NCBI GenBank assembly: GCA_007118695.1
Contig: SKRC01000085.1
Span: forward strand, 14,693 to 78,692
Reading direction: 5' to 3'
Length of the DNA stretch: 64,000 nucleotides
From: Balneolaceae bacterium
Lineage (GTDB): Bacteria; Bacteroidota; Rhodothermia; Balneolales; Balneolaceae
A model generated the notes under the pieces. That model had not been told where the DNA came from, searched no databases, and was given only the letters and a program-made list of their open reading frames with translations. Shown here in pieces: positions 1 through 7,527 of this stretch. Numbering within the stretch: position 1 is the first letter of the stretch; every line of letters begins with the position of its first letter. A program made the translations under genes and the position numbers.

Positions 1-1
1 T

Positions 2-133
2 GTAATGATGTTCGGTCTCAGTGTGTTGCTCGGCTATCTTTTCGAATATGCGGGATTGATCGCCGCCATGAGTGCTCACGCGGTGTATGATATTGTCATG
101 TTGTGGTGGATCAAAGACAGAGTATTGAAATAG
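2..133 (+). CDS. C-terminal end of a CPBP-family (CAAX-type) intramembrane protease, truncated by the window edge
   Basis: Frame 2 is open from the window edge to TAG at 131-133: VMMFGLSVLLGYLFEYAGLIAAMSAHAVYDIVMLWWIKDRVLK. It is hydrophobic and has a SAHAxYD (HxxxD/N-like) motif like the last conserved motif of CPBP/Abi proteases. It is absent from the ORF track because there is no start codon in the window. Confidence 0.4.
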   Translation, partial: VMMFGLSVLLGYLFEYAGLIAAMSAHAVYDIVMLWWIKDRVLK

Positions 134-145
134 CATGAATAAATA

Positions 146-1597
146 TTACATGTCAAAACCATACACCCAGGCGATGATCGTGTAGGCAGCAATAGTAATA
201 AAGAAGATAAAAGTGATATTCAGCCAGACCCCGGCTTTCGACATTTCGGCCATACTGACTTCGTTGCTTGCATAGACGATGGCGTTTGGCGGTGTAGCAA
301 CAGGCAGCATAAAGGCACAACTTGCGGCGATAACGGCCGGAATTACAAAAAACAACGGGTCTTGGCCCAGGCCGATGGCAGCAGAGCCCAGGATAGGGAC
401 AAAAGCGGCTGCCGTTGCGGTGTTGCTGGTCATTTCGGTGAGGAAAACGATCACTGCCACGACGATTATCAGCATCATAAAAATGGGAAGAAATCCGAGT
501 GCCCCGATCTCCTGGCCGATCCAGTCGGCAAGACCAGAGGCTGAAATGGCCGAGGCAAGGCTGAGTCCGCCGCCGAACAGGATAAGGATACCCCAGGGCA
601 GCTTTTGGATGTCTTCCCAGTTCACCAGGAATTGGCCTTTTCTGATATCAGCCGGTATCAGAAACAGGGAGACACCTGCAGCGATGGCAATTCCGGCATC
701 CGAAATTTCGGGTATAAAATTACTGAGAAGAGGCCGTGTAATCCAAAGAAGGGCGGTTACCCCAAATACGATCGATACCCTCTTTTCAGGTGTATTGATC
801 TTTCCAAGTTTAACGAGTTCATTGTTGATCAGGCTTTCCCCTCCCGGAAGTTCCTTCAGCCTAACAGGATAGACCAGTTTTGAGAGGATTAGATACATCA
901 AAGGCAACCCAATAATAACGATTGGCAGACCGGCGATCATCCACTTGACAAAACTGATGTCGAGCCCATAAGTCTCCAGCATATATCCGGCGGCAAGCGC
1001 ATTTGGCGGGGTTCCGATCAGTGTTCCGACACCGCCAATGTTACACGCATATGCGATGCAAAGTACCAGTACGAGGCTGAAATTTGAATCGTGTACCGAA
1101 TGTTCGCCGCCATTTGATTTGGCCAGCTGTATGATCGACAAGGCGATGGGCAGCATCATCAGTGCGGTTGCGGTGTTGCTGACCCACATGCTCAAAAATG
1201 CAGAGGCAATGATAAACCCGATCAGGATAGACGACGGTTTTGTTCCGATAAAGCTGACTATGTTGAGGGCAATTCGTTTATGCAGATTCCAGCGCTGCAT
1301 GGCGATGGCAATCATGAAGCCGCCCATGAAAAGGAAAATGAGAGGATTTGCATAGGGCGCAGTCGAATCGGATATCGATTGAACTTCCAGAACCGGCAAG
1401 AGGACGATCGGAAGCAGCGAAGTGGCAGCGATGGGGATGGCCTCAGTAATCCACCAGATCGCCATCAGTGTCCCGAGGGCTGTAACCCGCCAGGCAGCAG
1501 GTTCCATCGTCTCCGGTGCCGGAAGCAGCAGGATAACTCCAAAACAGATTACACCTGACAAAAGCCCTGTTTTCTGTTTGATGCCGAAGTTTTTCAA
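146..1597 (-). CDS. DASS/SLC13-family sodium-coupled anion (di/tricarboxylate or sulfate) symporter
   Basis: 483-aa polytopic membrane ORF. The blocks WRVTALGTLMAIWWITEAIPIAATSLLP and GGFMIAIAMQRWNLHKRIAL are hallmark motifs of DASS/SLC13 permeases. Confidence 0.85.
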   Translation of the reverse strand: MKNFGIKQKTGLLSGVICFGVILLLPAPETMEPAAWRVTALGTLMAIWWITEAIPIAATSLLPIVLLPVLEVQSISDSTAPYANPLIFLFMGGFMIAIAMQRWNLHKRIALNIVSFIGTKPSSILIGFIIASAFLSMWVSNTATALMMLPIALSIIQLAKSNGGEHSVHDSNFSLVLVLCIAYACNIGGVGTLIGTPPNALAAGYMLETYGLDISFVKWMIAGLPIVIIGLPLMYLILSKLVYPVRLKELPGGESLINNELVKLGKINTPEKRVSIVFGVTALLWITRPLLSNFIPEISDAGIAIAAGVSLFLIPADIRKGQFLVNWEDIQKLPWGILILFGGGLSLASAISASGLADWIGQEIGALGFLPIFMMLIIVVAVIVFLTEMTSNTATAAAFVPILGSAAIGLGQDPLFFVIPAVIAASCAFMLPVATPPNAIVYASNEVSMAEMSKAGVWLNITFIFFITIAAYTIIAWVYGFDM

Positions 1598-1668
1598 AAA
1601 AACCGCCTGTTATTTTTGGATTCAGAATTGTAAGATTATAGAAAGTTCATCGGTGTTATCCAAGGAAT

Positions 1669-1824
1669 CAGTTGGCAGTGGCAGTGGCAGTTATCAGTGA
1701 ACAGTAAACAGTAGCAGTTGGCAGTTGCAGTGGGCAGGTATAAGATGCAGGATACAGGATACAGGATACAGGATGTAAGACTCAGGACTAATTCTCAATT
1801 CTCACCGTACTCAATACTCCAGTC
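1669..1824. repeat. Composite intergenic array of phased 6-7-nt tandem repeats (CAGTnnn x11, GCAGGAT + ACAGGAT x3, TCAnnnn x6)
   Basis: Read directly: cagttgg cagtgg cagtgg cagttat cagtgaa cagtaaa cagtag cagttgg cagttg cagtggg cagg (1669-1738); gcaggat acaggat acaggat acaggat (1747-1774); tcaggac taattc tcaattc tcaccgtac tcaatac tccagtc (1782-1824). Confidence 0.9.
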
Positions 1825-1857
1825 TAACCAGTATTCAGATGCCAACTCCCGTGTTTA

Positions 1858-2610
1858 TCATTTCGAAACCCTGCCGAGTCTCATGAAAACCGGAAACCGG
1901 ACTTCAAAGGGTTTGACGGTCGACAGCTTGCCGGTGATGATTTTCATTGTCTCATTGGCCGGGTTGTATCCTTTCTCTGATTTGAATTTTTGAACAGGCG
2001 ACCAGGAGTTGAAATACCCCTCCAGATCATTCAGGGTCCAATGGCATTTGATAGAAAACCGGGGAGCGGCAATCTCATCAAATGGGAACGGAATTGTACG
2101 GTACTCCTGATTTAAATACTCCCTGTTCTGCCAGAAATAAGTGCTGAATGCACGCTCATAAAGATCATTAATTGCCGGGTCAATCTCACGGTTGATTTGA
2201 ACCTTGCCGTAGCCAATCACGGCAAGCAATCCGTTCTGCCGGGTTGTGCGCCTGACTTCTTCGTAGAATCGGTCGAAATCAAACCAGTGAATCGCCTGGG
2301 CGACCGTCACCATGTCGAACAAGCCGGATGGGAAACCGGTATTCTCAGCCGGTTTGTTGACATATTGAATATTGTCTTTTTTGACGGCCTGATCGAGTTG
2401 TTCCGCGCTGATATCATTGGCATATACCAGCTCGAAGTGATCAGCCAGGTAACCCGCCACCTGTCCGGATCCGGTTCCGCAGTCCCAGGCATATTGTTTT
2501 CTTTCCAGGTGCCGGAACAGAAATTCATACATCAGCGGCGGATACACCGGCCGATACCTGGAATAGAATTCCGCCTGTTTCGAAAAGTTATTTTGATTAA
2601 CTGTACTCAT
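1858..2610 (-). CDS. Class I SAM-dependent methyltransferase (Methyltransf_11-like)
   Basis: The SAM-binding motif I is WDCGTGSGQVAGYLADHF, with downstream acidic and DMV motifs. The track ORF starts at an upstream TTG (2631). The ATG at 2608-2610 (MSTVNQNNF...) is the more likely start. Confidence 0.85.
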   Translation of the reverse strand: MSTVNQNNFSKQAEFYSRYRPVYPPLMYEFLFRHLERKQYAWDCGTGSGQVAGYLADHFELVYANDISAEQLDQAVKKDNIQYVNKPAENTGFPSGLFDMVTVAQAIHWFDFDRFYEEVRRTTRQNGLLAVIGYGKVQINREIDPAINDLYERAFSTYFWQNREYLNQEYRTIPFPFDEIAAPRFSIKCHWTLNDLEGYFNSWSPVQKFKSEKGYNPANETMKIITGKLSTVKPFEVRFPVFMRLGRVSK

Positions 2611-2637
2611 ATAGATCCAGATGCCAACCAATTGAAG

Positions 2638-2906
2638 TTACTTTATGTCCCCGACAGGTTCAACAATAGTGCCGACCAGTCTGTAATCCACGGGTGTTTC
2701 TGCATCAAGCCAGAAATTGAGGTTGACATCTGCTTCAATTTTTTTTTGGGGGGGGGTTGACCGGTATGACGGGCGAATATTTTGTTGATGCGCTGGCGGA
2801 TTTTTACCAGTTGTTCGGCTTCAATGGCGATATCGCTCCTGTTTCCTCTTACACCGCAGGAGGGCTGATGAAGCAGGAACCGGGTGTTTGGCAGGGCCGG
2901 AGTACA
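2638..2906 (-). pseudogene. clpP: Remnant of the C-terminal half of a ClpP protease gene, frameshifted and lacking its N-terminal half
   Basis: Minus-strand translation gives [56 protein letters not shown]. After a frame change inside the C9A9 tract it continues [33 protein letters not shown]. This matches the ClpP block ..ALPNsRvMIHQPlGG.qGQAsDIeIhA.eil..r..lN.i.A.HTGQ..e.IE.D..RD.FlsA.EAv.YGLvD.I. There is no start codon, the Ser-containing N-terminal half is missing, and the catalytic Asp position is changed (RD to LN). Confidence 0.7.
2739..2756. repeat. Back-to-back homopolymers T9G9 (C9A9 on the minus strand)
   Basis: Counted directly: t at 2739-2747 and g at 2748-2756. The tract lies inside the ClpP remnant at its frameshift point, about 130-150 nt upstream of the methyltransferase ATG. 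Confidence 0.95.
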
Positions 2907-3869
2907 TCAGCCAATGGCTTTGGAAGCCAGGGTTGCCACCTCATCTGCACAACCCCAGGAGAGGGTGTAACCCGCACCGCCATGGCCGTAATTATGGATT
3001 ACCGGGCAGCGACCGGAGCAATTTTCAAGTTCCACCCGGACTTCTTGCCGGGCAGGCCGGAGTCCGATCAGGCTCTCCAGGATTTCCTGGCACTCCAGAG
3101 TCGGATCCAATTGTTTGGCTTTTCGCAAAATCTGTTCTGTTGTGGCGGGGTCCTCATCGGTGTGATACACGTTTACTTCGTCGGTTCCACCGAGTACATA
3201 ATCATTTTTTCGCGGAAAGACGTAACTGAGTGTGAGTGGACCGGTTTGGTCAAGTAAATGCCTTCCGCTGCTTTTCGCTTTAACTCTGAGGCTCTGACCA
3301 CGTATTGGGTAGACCAGGTCATCGCCGACCACTTGACGGGCACCCAGCCCGCTGCAGTTTACAATGAGGTCAGCCTGGCTCTCAATTTCACTTAAGTCAC
3401 TGATTTCAGACTCAATAATGGTCCCCCCGTCCGATTCAAACTTATTCAACAGCCACGGCAAATAAATCGGCACATCAATGAATGGAACCTCGAATATATA
3501 TGCGTCCCTGTACAAATCCGGTAATTCCTTCGGTTCGGCTCTCCGGAACTCCCTCACCGCTTGCTTCCACCAGGGATCGGGAACTTTTTCGGGGAAATAC
3601 TCCGTAAATGTGACCGGATGTACACCTGTTTTTGGATTCGGCATCATTTGGTAAAATGTATCGAGCGTCTTGCGACTCCAATCCAATGCTTTTTCTTTCG
3701 GAAAACATTTGAACGGATACCATATAGCTCCAGCGGCGTTCGACGTGGTGTTGGGAGGAATGTCGCGGGCAATAATCCTGACATGAAATCCCGCTTCTAT
3801 CAACCGTACAGCCGAACTCAGTCCTGAAACTCCGCAACCTATAATTGTAATGTTTTTCAAAGTGAACAT
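2907..3869 (-). CDS. FAD-dependent D-amino-acid oxidase-like oxidoreductase
   Basis: N-terminal Rossmann motif ITIIGCGVSGLSSA, followed by NAAGAIWYPF. The C-terminal VIHNYGHGGAGYTLSWGCADEV block closely resembles the DAAO signature HNYGHGGYGLTIHWGCA. Confidence 0.8.
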   Translation of the reverse strand: MFTLKNITIIGCGVSGLSSAVRLIEAGFHVRIIARDIPPNTTSNAAGAIWYPFKCFPKEKALDWSRKTLDTFYQMMPNPKTGVHPVTFTEYFPEKVPDPWWKQAVREFRRAEPKELPDLYRDAYIFEVPFIDVPIYLPWLLNKFESDGGTIIESEISDLSEIESQADLIVNCSGLGARQVVGDDLVYPIRGQSLRVKAKSSGRHLLDQTGPLTLSYVFPRKNDYVLGGTDEVNVYHTDEDPATTEQILRKAKQLDPTLECQEILESLIGLRPARQEVRVELENCSGRCPVIHNYGHGGAGYTLSWGCADEVATLASKAIG

Positions 3870-4245
3870 ATTCGTTTTGGACTGATCCGTTCTAAAAATA
3901 ACATTTCATAGAATTTAACTCATTATTTACCTCTCCAAATTTGTAGTTTCTTATCTGTTACGGTATGCTTGTATTTCCGAAGGCTCCGGGATATCGCTTA
4001 CGCGTTCAAAAAATGTGTACTCCGCTCAACTTGCATGCGGATTGCGGACTATCCAGAGTGATTTTTGTTAGAAAAACTAGGCTATTGCAGGTTTATTTAT
4101 ACCAGGTTGGCCTGTATTTCTTCTGAAAATATCACAGATGTCAAATATTATTTGTGAATACAGAGCAATGCGATTCCCGCAAAGTGTCCATTTTGTACGC
4201 GTAGCGAAATGCAGCGCACGCAGAAATAACGCAAAAACAGTTCCC

Positions 4246-5079
4246 ATGAGAATATTAATTGCAGACAGTGGTGCCACCAAGACAGACTGGGCGTTTATTC
4301 AGGAAGGGAAACCGTTTTATATGAAATCGAGCGGGTTGCATCCGGCGTATTTCGATAGAGAAGCGGTTTTGAAAGAGCTGAAAAAAATTTTCAAACAAAC
4401 CCATCCAGTTACGATTCTGTTTTATGGAGCTGGTTGTTATTCGGAAGAAAGCTGCCGGCCTGTCAGGAATCTTCTACATGAACTTTTCAAGGATATCCCG
4501 GTCGAAATTCAGGATGACCTGACGGCTGTGGCGCACGCTTTTCTGGGGCTTGAACCCGGGGTTGCCGGTATCCTGGGAACCGGCTCTGCATCCGGGTATT
4601 TTTCCGGGGGTAAAAAAAAGCAACAGGTGGCATCGCTGGGCTATGTGCTCGGGGATGAGGGAAGCGGGGCTGATATCGGTAAACGCATCCTGAAAGCAGC
4701 CCTGCGAAAGGAGTTTGACCAGCCGGTTTTGGATTTCCTTGAGGCAAGGCTCGAAACCCTGCGTTACAGTGAAGTTATAGAAAAACTTTATCGTGCAAAA
4801 AGGCCCAGCTATTATTTGGCTAAAGTTTCCGAGAAAGTACTGACCGGGAATTTTCCGGATGCCATCAGGCAAGTCGTTGAAGAGAGTTTTCAATCATATA
4901 TTGACAATCATCTGAAAAAATACGATGGCTTCCCCGATATCCGGATCGTATTGTCCGGCGGTGTTGCCAGCCATCAGAGAGATTTGGCAGAAAAAATTCT
5001 TGAAAAAAACGGCATCACTGATTATCAAATATCCGGCAGTGTAATCACAGCCCTTGCGGAACGACAGATGAACCGTTGA
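4246..5079 (+). CDS. BadF/BadG/BcrA/BcrD-type ATPase (N-acetylglucosamine kinase-like)
   Basis: MRILIADSGATKTDWAF is the phosphate-1 motif of the ASKHA sugar-kinase fold, with GILGTGS and GDEGSG motifs downstream. The track start at 4138 adds an implausible leader, so ATG 4246 is preferred. Confidence 0.75.
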   Translation: MRILIADSGATKTDWAFIQEGKPFYMKSSGLHPAYFDREAVLKELKKIFKQTHPVTILFYGAGCYSEESCRPVRNLLHELFKDIPVEIQDDLTAVAHAFLGLEPGVAGILGTGSASGYFSGGKKKQQVASLGYVLGDEGSGADIGKRILKAALRKEFDQPVLDFLEARLETLRYSEVIEKLYRAKRPSYYLAKVSEKVLTGNFPDAIRQVVEESFQSYIDNHLKKYDGFPDIRIVLSGGVASHQRDLAEKILEKNGITDYQISGSVITALAERQMNR

Positions 5080-5162
5080 GCAAGATACAAGGTGTTGTTT
5101 CGTGGTTTTGAATGAACTACCGGATTATTTCTGGTATTCTTGATTAGATGCTTATTAATTGA

Positions 5163-5410
5163 GATACAGGATACAGGTTTTGTTGTGTTGAAATGCCTTC
5201 AGGATTTGTTCTCGAAGATTTGTTTAGATGTTTTATTTCGAGATACAGGATACAGGATACAAGGAGCAAGAAGCATGCAGGTGGAGTGCAGCGACATCCC
5301 GACCTTCGGGAATGCAGGATGCAGGATGTGAAAAGTGAAAAGTGAAATGAATAATCAAAAGTCAAAAATAATTTACATTAATGGCCAACTGAAACTGCAA
5401 CTGCCAACTG
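5163..5410. repeat. Composite intergenic array of heptamer repeats (GATACAG, GCAGGAT, GTGAAAA, CCAACTG-type)
   Basis: gatacag x2 (5163-5176); gatacag gatacag gatacaa (5242-5262); gcaggat x2 (5314-5327); gtgaaaa gtgaaaa gtgaaat (5328-5348); ccaactg aaactg caactg ccaactg (5385-5410). The 16-mer ctgcaactgccaactg (5395-5410) is the exact reverse complement of 1715-1730. Confidence 0.9.
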
Positions 5411-5417
5411 ATAACAA

Positions 5418-6191
5418 GTGATCCTTACAGATACCCATTGCCATCTTTACCTCGATAAATTTGCCGGCGACCTCAATAATGTCCTTCAGCGTGCGGCCGA
5501 TGCCGGCGTGCGCCATATCTATCTGCCGGCCATTGACTGGAACTCCCTTCCTGCGATGGAGAAGCTGGCCCATCCGCAGATCTCTTTTTATAAAATGGTG
5601 GGAATCCATCCCTGCGATGTTCAAAACAACTGGCCCCTGGATGAAGAACGACTGGCTGAACTAGCCTCTGATGAAACCTATGTGGCTGTCGGGGAAACAG
5701 GCCTGGACTATTACTGGAGCAAGGATCATATCAGCAAACAAAAAAAGAGCCTGACGGCACATTGCAGAGTTGCAAAAGAGGTGCAGAAGCCGGTCATCCT
5801 GCACAACCGGGAGAGTACAGCCGATCTGCTTGACCTGATCGAGGCAGAGCAGGACGGGACGATGGCCGGCATCTGGCACTGTTTTACCGGATCCGTCGAG
5901 GAAGGCAAACGAGCCCTGGACCTTGGCCTTCACCTGGGCATTGGGGGAGTGCTGACCTTTAAAAATGCAGGTGTGGCTGAGGTGGTTAAACAGCTTCCGT
6001 TGGAGAAAATGCTGCTGGAAACGGATGCGCCGTTCCTGTCACCCAGCCCGAAAAGGGGAAAACGTAATGAGCCGTCGTATGTCGCATACACCGCAAACAA
6101 ACTGGCCGGTCTAATGGAAATGCCGGTTGAAGAGATCGCAAAGATAACGACCGCCAACGCATCATCCCTGTTTGCCGGTAAAGCCAAGTGA
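5418..6191 (+). CDS. TatD-family metal-dependent hydrolase (DNase)
   Basis: N-terminal DTHCHL motif, then GEtGLDYYW, the HCF..S block and ETDAPFL, which are the canonical TatD metal ligands. Confidence 0.9.
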   Translation: MILTDTHCHLYLDKFAGDLNNVLQRAADAGVRHIYLPAIDWNSLPAMEKLAHPQISFYKMVGIHPCDVQNNWPLDEERLAELASDETYVAVGETGLDYYWSKDHISKQKKSLTAHCRVAKEVQKPVILHNRESTADLLDLIEAEQDGTMAGIWHCFTGSVEEGKRALDLGLHLGIGGVLTFKNAGVAEVVKQLPLEKMLLETDAPFLSPSPKRGKRNEPSYVAYTANKLAGLMEMPVEEIAKITTANASSLFAGKAK

Positions 6192-7307
6192 TTTTAAAAC
6201 CGGGTATTTTTCCAGCAGGGCCTCATCCACCCGGCAATAGGGATGCTCGTGCCGGAGCGGGAAGCCGGTTCTGGCTTTTTGAAATCGGCGATGTTTTTCC
6301 TCCGGCGTCAACCCGATCAACGTCTCAAAACGTTTGTTGTACTCATGGATCGGATTCAGCTCAAAAAGCAGTTCGAGCAGGCCGGAATTGGTTTCGGAAG
6401 CCGAAAAGGTTGGAGCGGCCGGCAAAGGCGGTGTGAATTCCCGGCCGGCCGGCGACAACCCGAAATACCGGCACAATGAATGCATTACGATTTGGGTTGC
6501 ACGTTGTTTCGACTGCAGGGAATAGCCGGCAATATGCGGGGTTTTGATCAGGGCATTTTTCGCTGACAAATCGTTGAATCGGGGTTCGTGTTCCCAAACA
6601 TCCAGGATGAAGTTCTCAACAGTGCCTTCCCTGTAAGAGGCCAAAAGAGCCTGTTCATCGACCACACCTCCTCTGGATGCATTCAAAATCAGTTTAAAAT
6701 TTCTACTCGCCAGTTTTTCCCTGTTCAGCCAGTGAAATGTAGGCCATTTTGTATGATGCGTGAGAGGGGTATGAAAAGTGAGGATGTCGCATTCAAGGGC
6801 CTCCTCAAGCAGGCAGCTCCGGAATGACGGATCTGCTTCAGCCCTGGGCGGGTCGTAGTATATGCAGGGGACGGATAATTTCGAAAGCAGCCGTCCGGCG
6901 GCGGTACCGGTATGGCCCGCTCCAATGATGCCCACCCGGGAGGATGTCAGTTCGTTCCCGGTCATCAGCGACCAAGCGAGTATGGCTGTACCCACATATT
7001 CTCCGACCGCACTGGCGTTGCATCCGGGGGAATGGGCGAATTCGATGCCGAGCTCCTGCAGCCAATGTTGGTCCACATGGTCGACCCCGGCCGTGGCACT
7101 GCCGATGAATTTCAGGCTGGAGGGGGCGGCCGGTATGGTGGTGGCATCGATGGGAGAGACGGTTCTTACGAGCAGTGCATCGTATTCTCCCACACCCGGA
7201 GGAATTACATCAGCAGGATCAAACTGATCAAGCAGAATCTCATCCGGCATCCGATCCCGGTCCATCAGGATCTGCTTGTCCGCTAAAAGTTTGATCTGTA
7301 CAGGCAT
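6162..7307 (-). CDS. pdxB: 4-phosphoerythronate dehydrogenase
   Basis: 381 aa. The pattern reads LLVRTVSPID...FIGSATAGVDHVD...GCNA.AV.EYV...GIIGAGHTG...ILTFHTPL...LILNASRGGVVD...DVWEHEP...TPHIAGYS, plus a C-terminal PdxB-type dimerisation domain. It is co-linear with E. coli PdxB. Confidence 0.8.
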   Translation of the reverse strand: MPVQIKLLADKQILMDRDRMPDEILLDQFDPADVIPPGVGEYDALLVRTVSPIDATTIPAAPSSLKFIGSATAGVDHVDQHWLQELGIEFAHSPGCNASAVGEYVGTAILAWSLMTGNELTSSRVGIIGAGHTGTAAGRLLSKLSVPCIYYDPPRAEADPSFRSCLLEEALECDILTFHTPLTHHTKWPTFHWLNREKLASRNFKLILNASRGGVVDEQALLASYREGTVENFILDVWEHEPRFNDLSAKNALIKTPHIAGYSLQSKQRATQIVMHSLCRYFGLSPAGREFTPPLPAAPTFSASETNSGLLELLFELNPIHEYNKRFETLIGLTPEEKHRRFQKARTGFPLRHEHPYCRVDEALLEKYPVLKSLGFTGKQG

Positions 7308-7527
7308 ACTATCATTAACTTGAAAATTTCAATAATATCCATGAAAACCACCCGGATGGTAATGTCTTTATACTTTTGTAAAAATAGAAAAGGTGTTATT
7401 TAAAGGTTAGATTCGGTTGTCTTGCAACAGATCACCTTAAAAAACCGATAGGACAACACCCATGAAAAAAGTAAAATCCTCTCAGGTCTTGAGCAAAACA
7501 ATTGAAAATCTTTTGAATGGCGACTAA

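Noticed and set aside
279-1700. Several 60-197-aa plus-strand ORFs overlapping the DASS transporter gene
   Set aside because: They are antisense to a 483-aa ORF with strong DASS motifs and show no motifs of their own.
1718-1993. 91-aa ORF (and 5140..5365 ORFs) encoding QDTGYRIQD-type peptides
   Set aside because: They are translation artefacts of the heptamer tandem arrays and are treated as repeats, not genes.
4138-4245. Upstream extension of the sugar-kinase-like ORF from the track
   Set aside because: The extension (MSNIICEYRAMRFPQSVHFVRVAKCSARRNNAKTVP) precedes the conserved family N-terminus MRILIADSGATKTDW, so ATG 4246 is the likely start.
6162-6191. 30-nt convergent overlap of the tatD and pdxB 3' ends
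   Set aside because: It is real in the sequence (both stops verified), but short convergent overlaps are common in compact genomes. It is not pursued as a finding.
7462-7527. 21-codon ORF (MKKVKSSQVLSKTIENLLNGD) ending immediately before the thymidine phosphorylase start codon
   Set aside because: It is too short and featureless to support as a gene or leader peptide without conservation or ribosome-profiling data.
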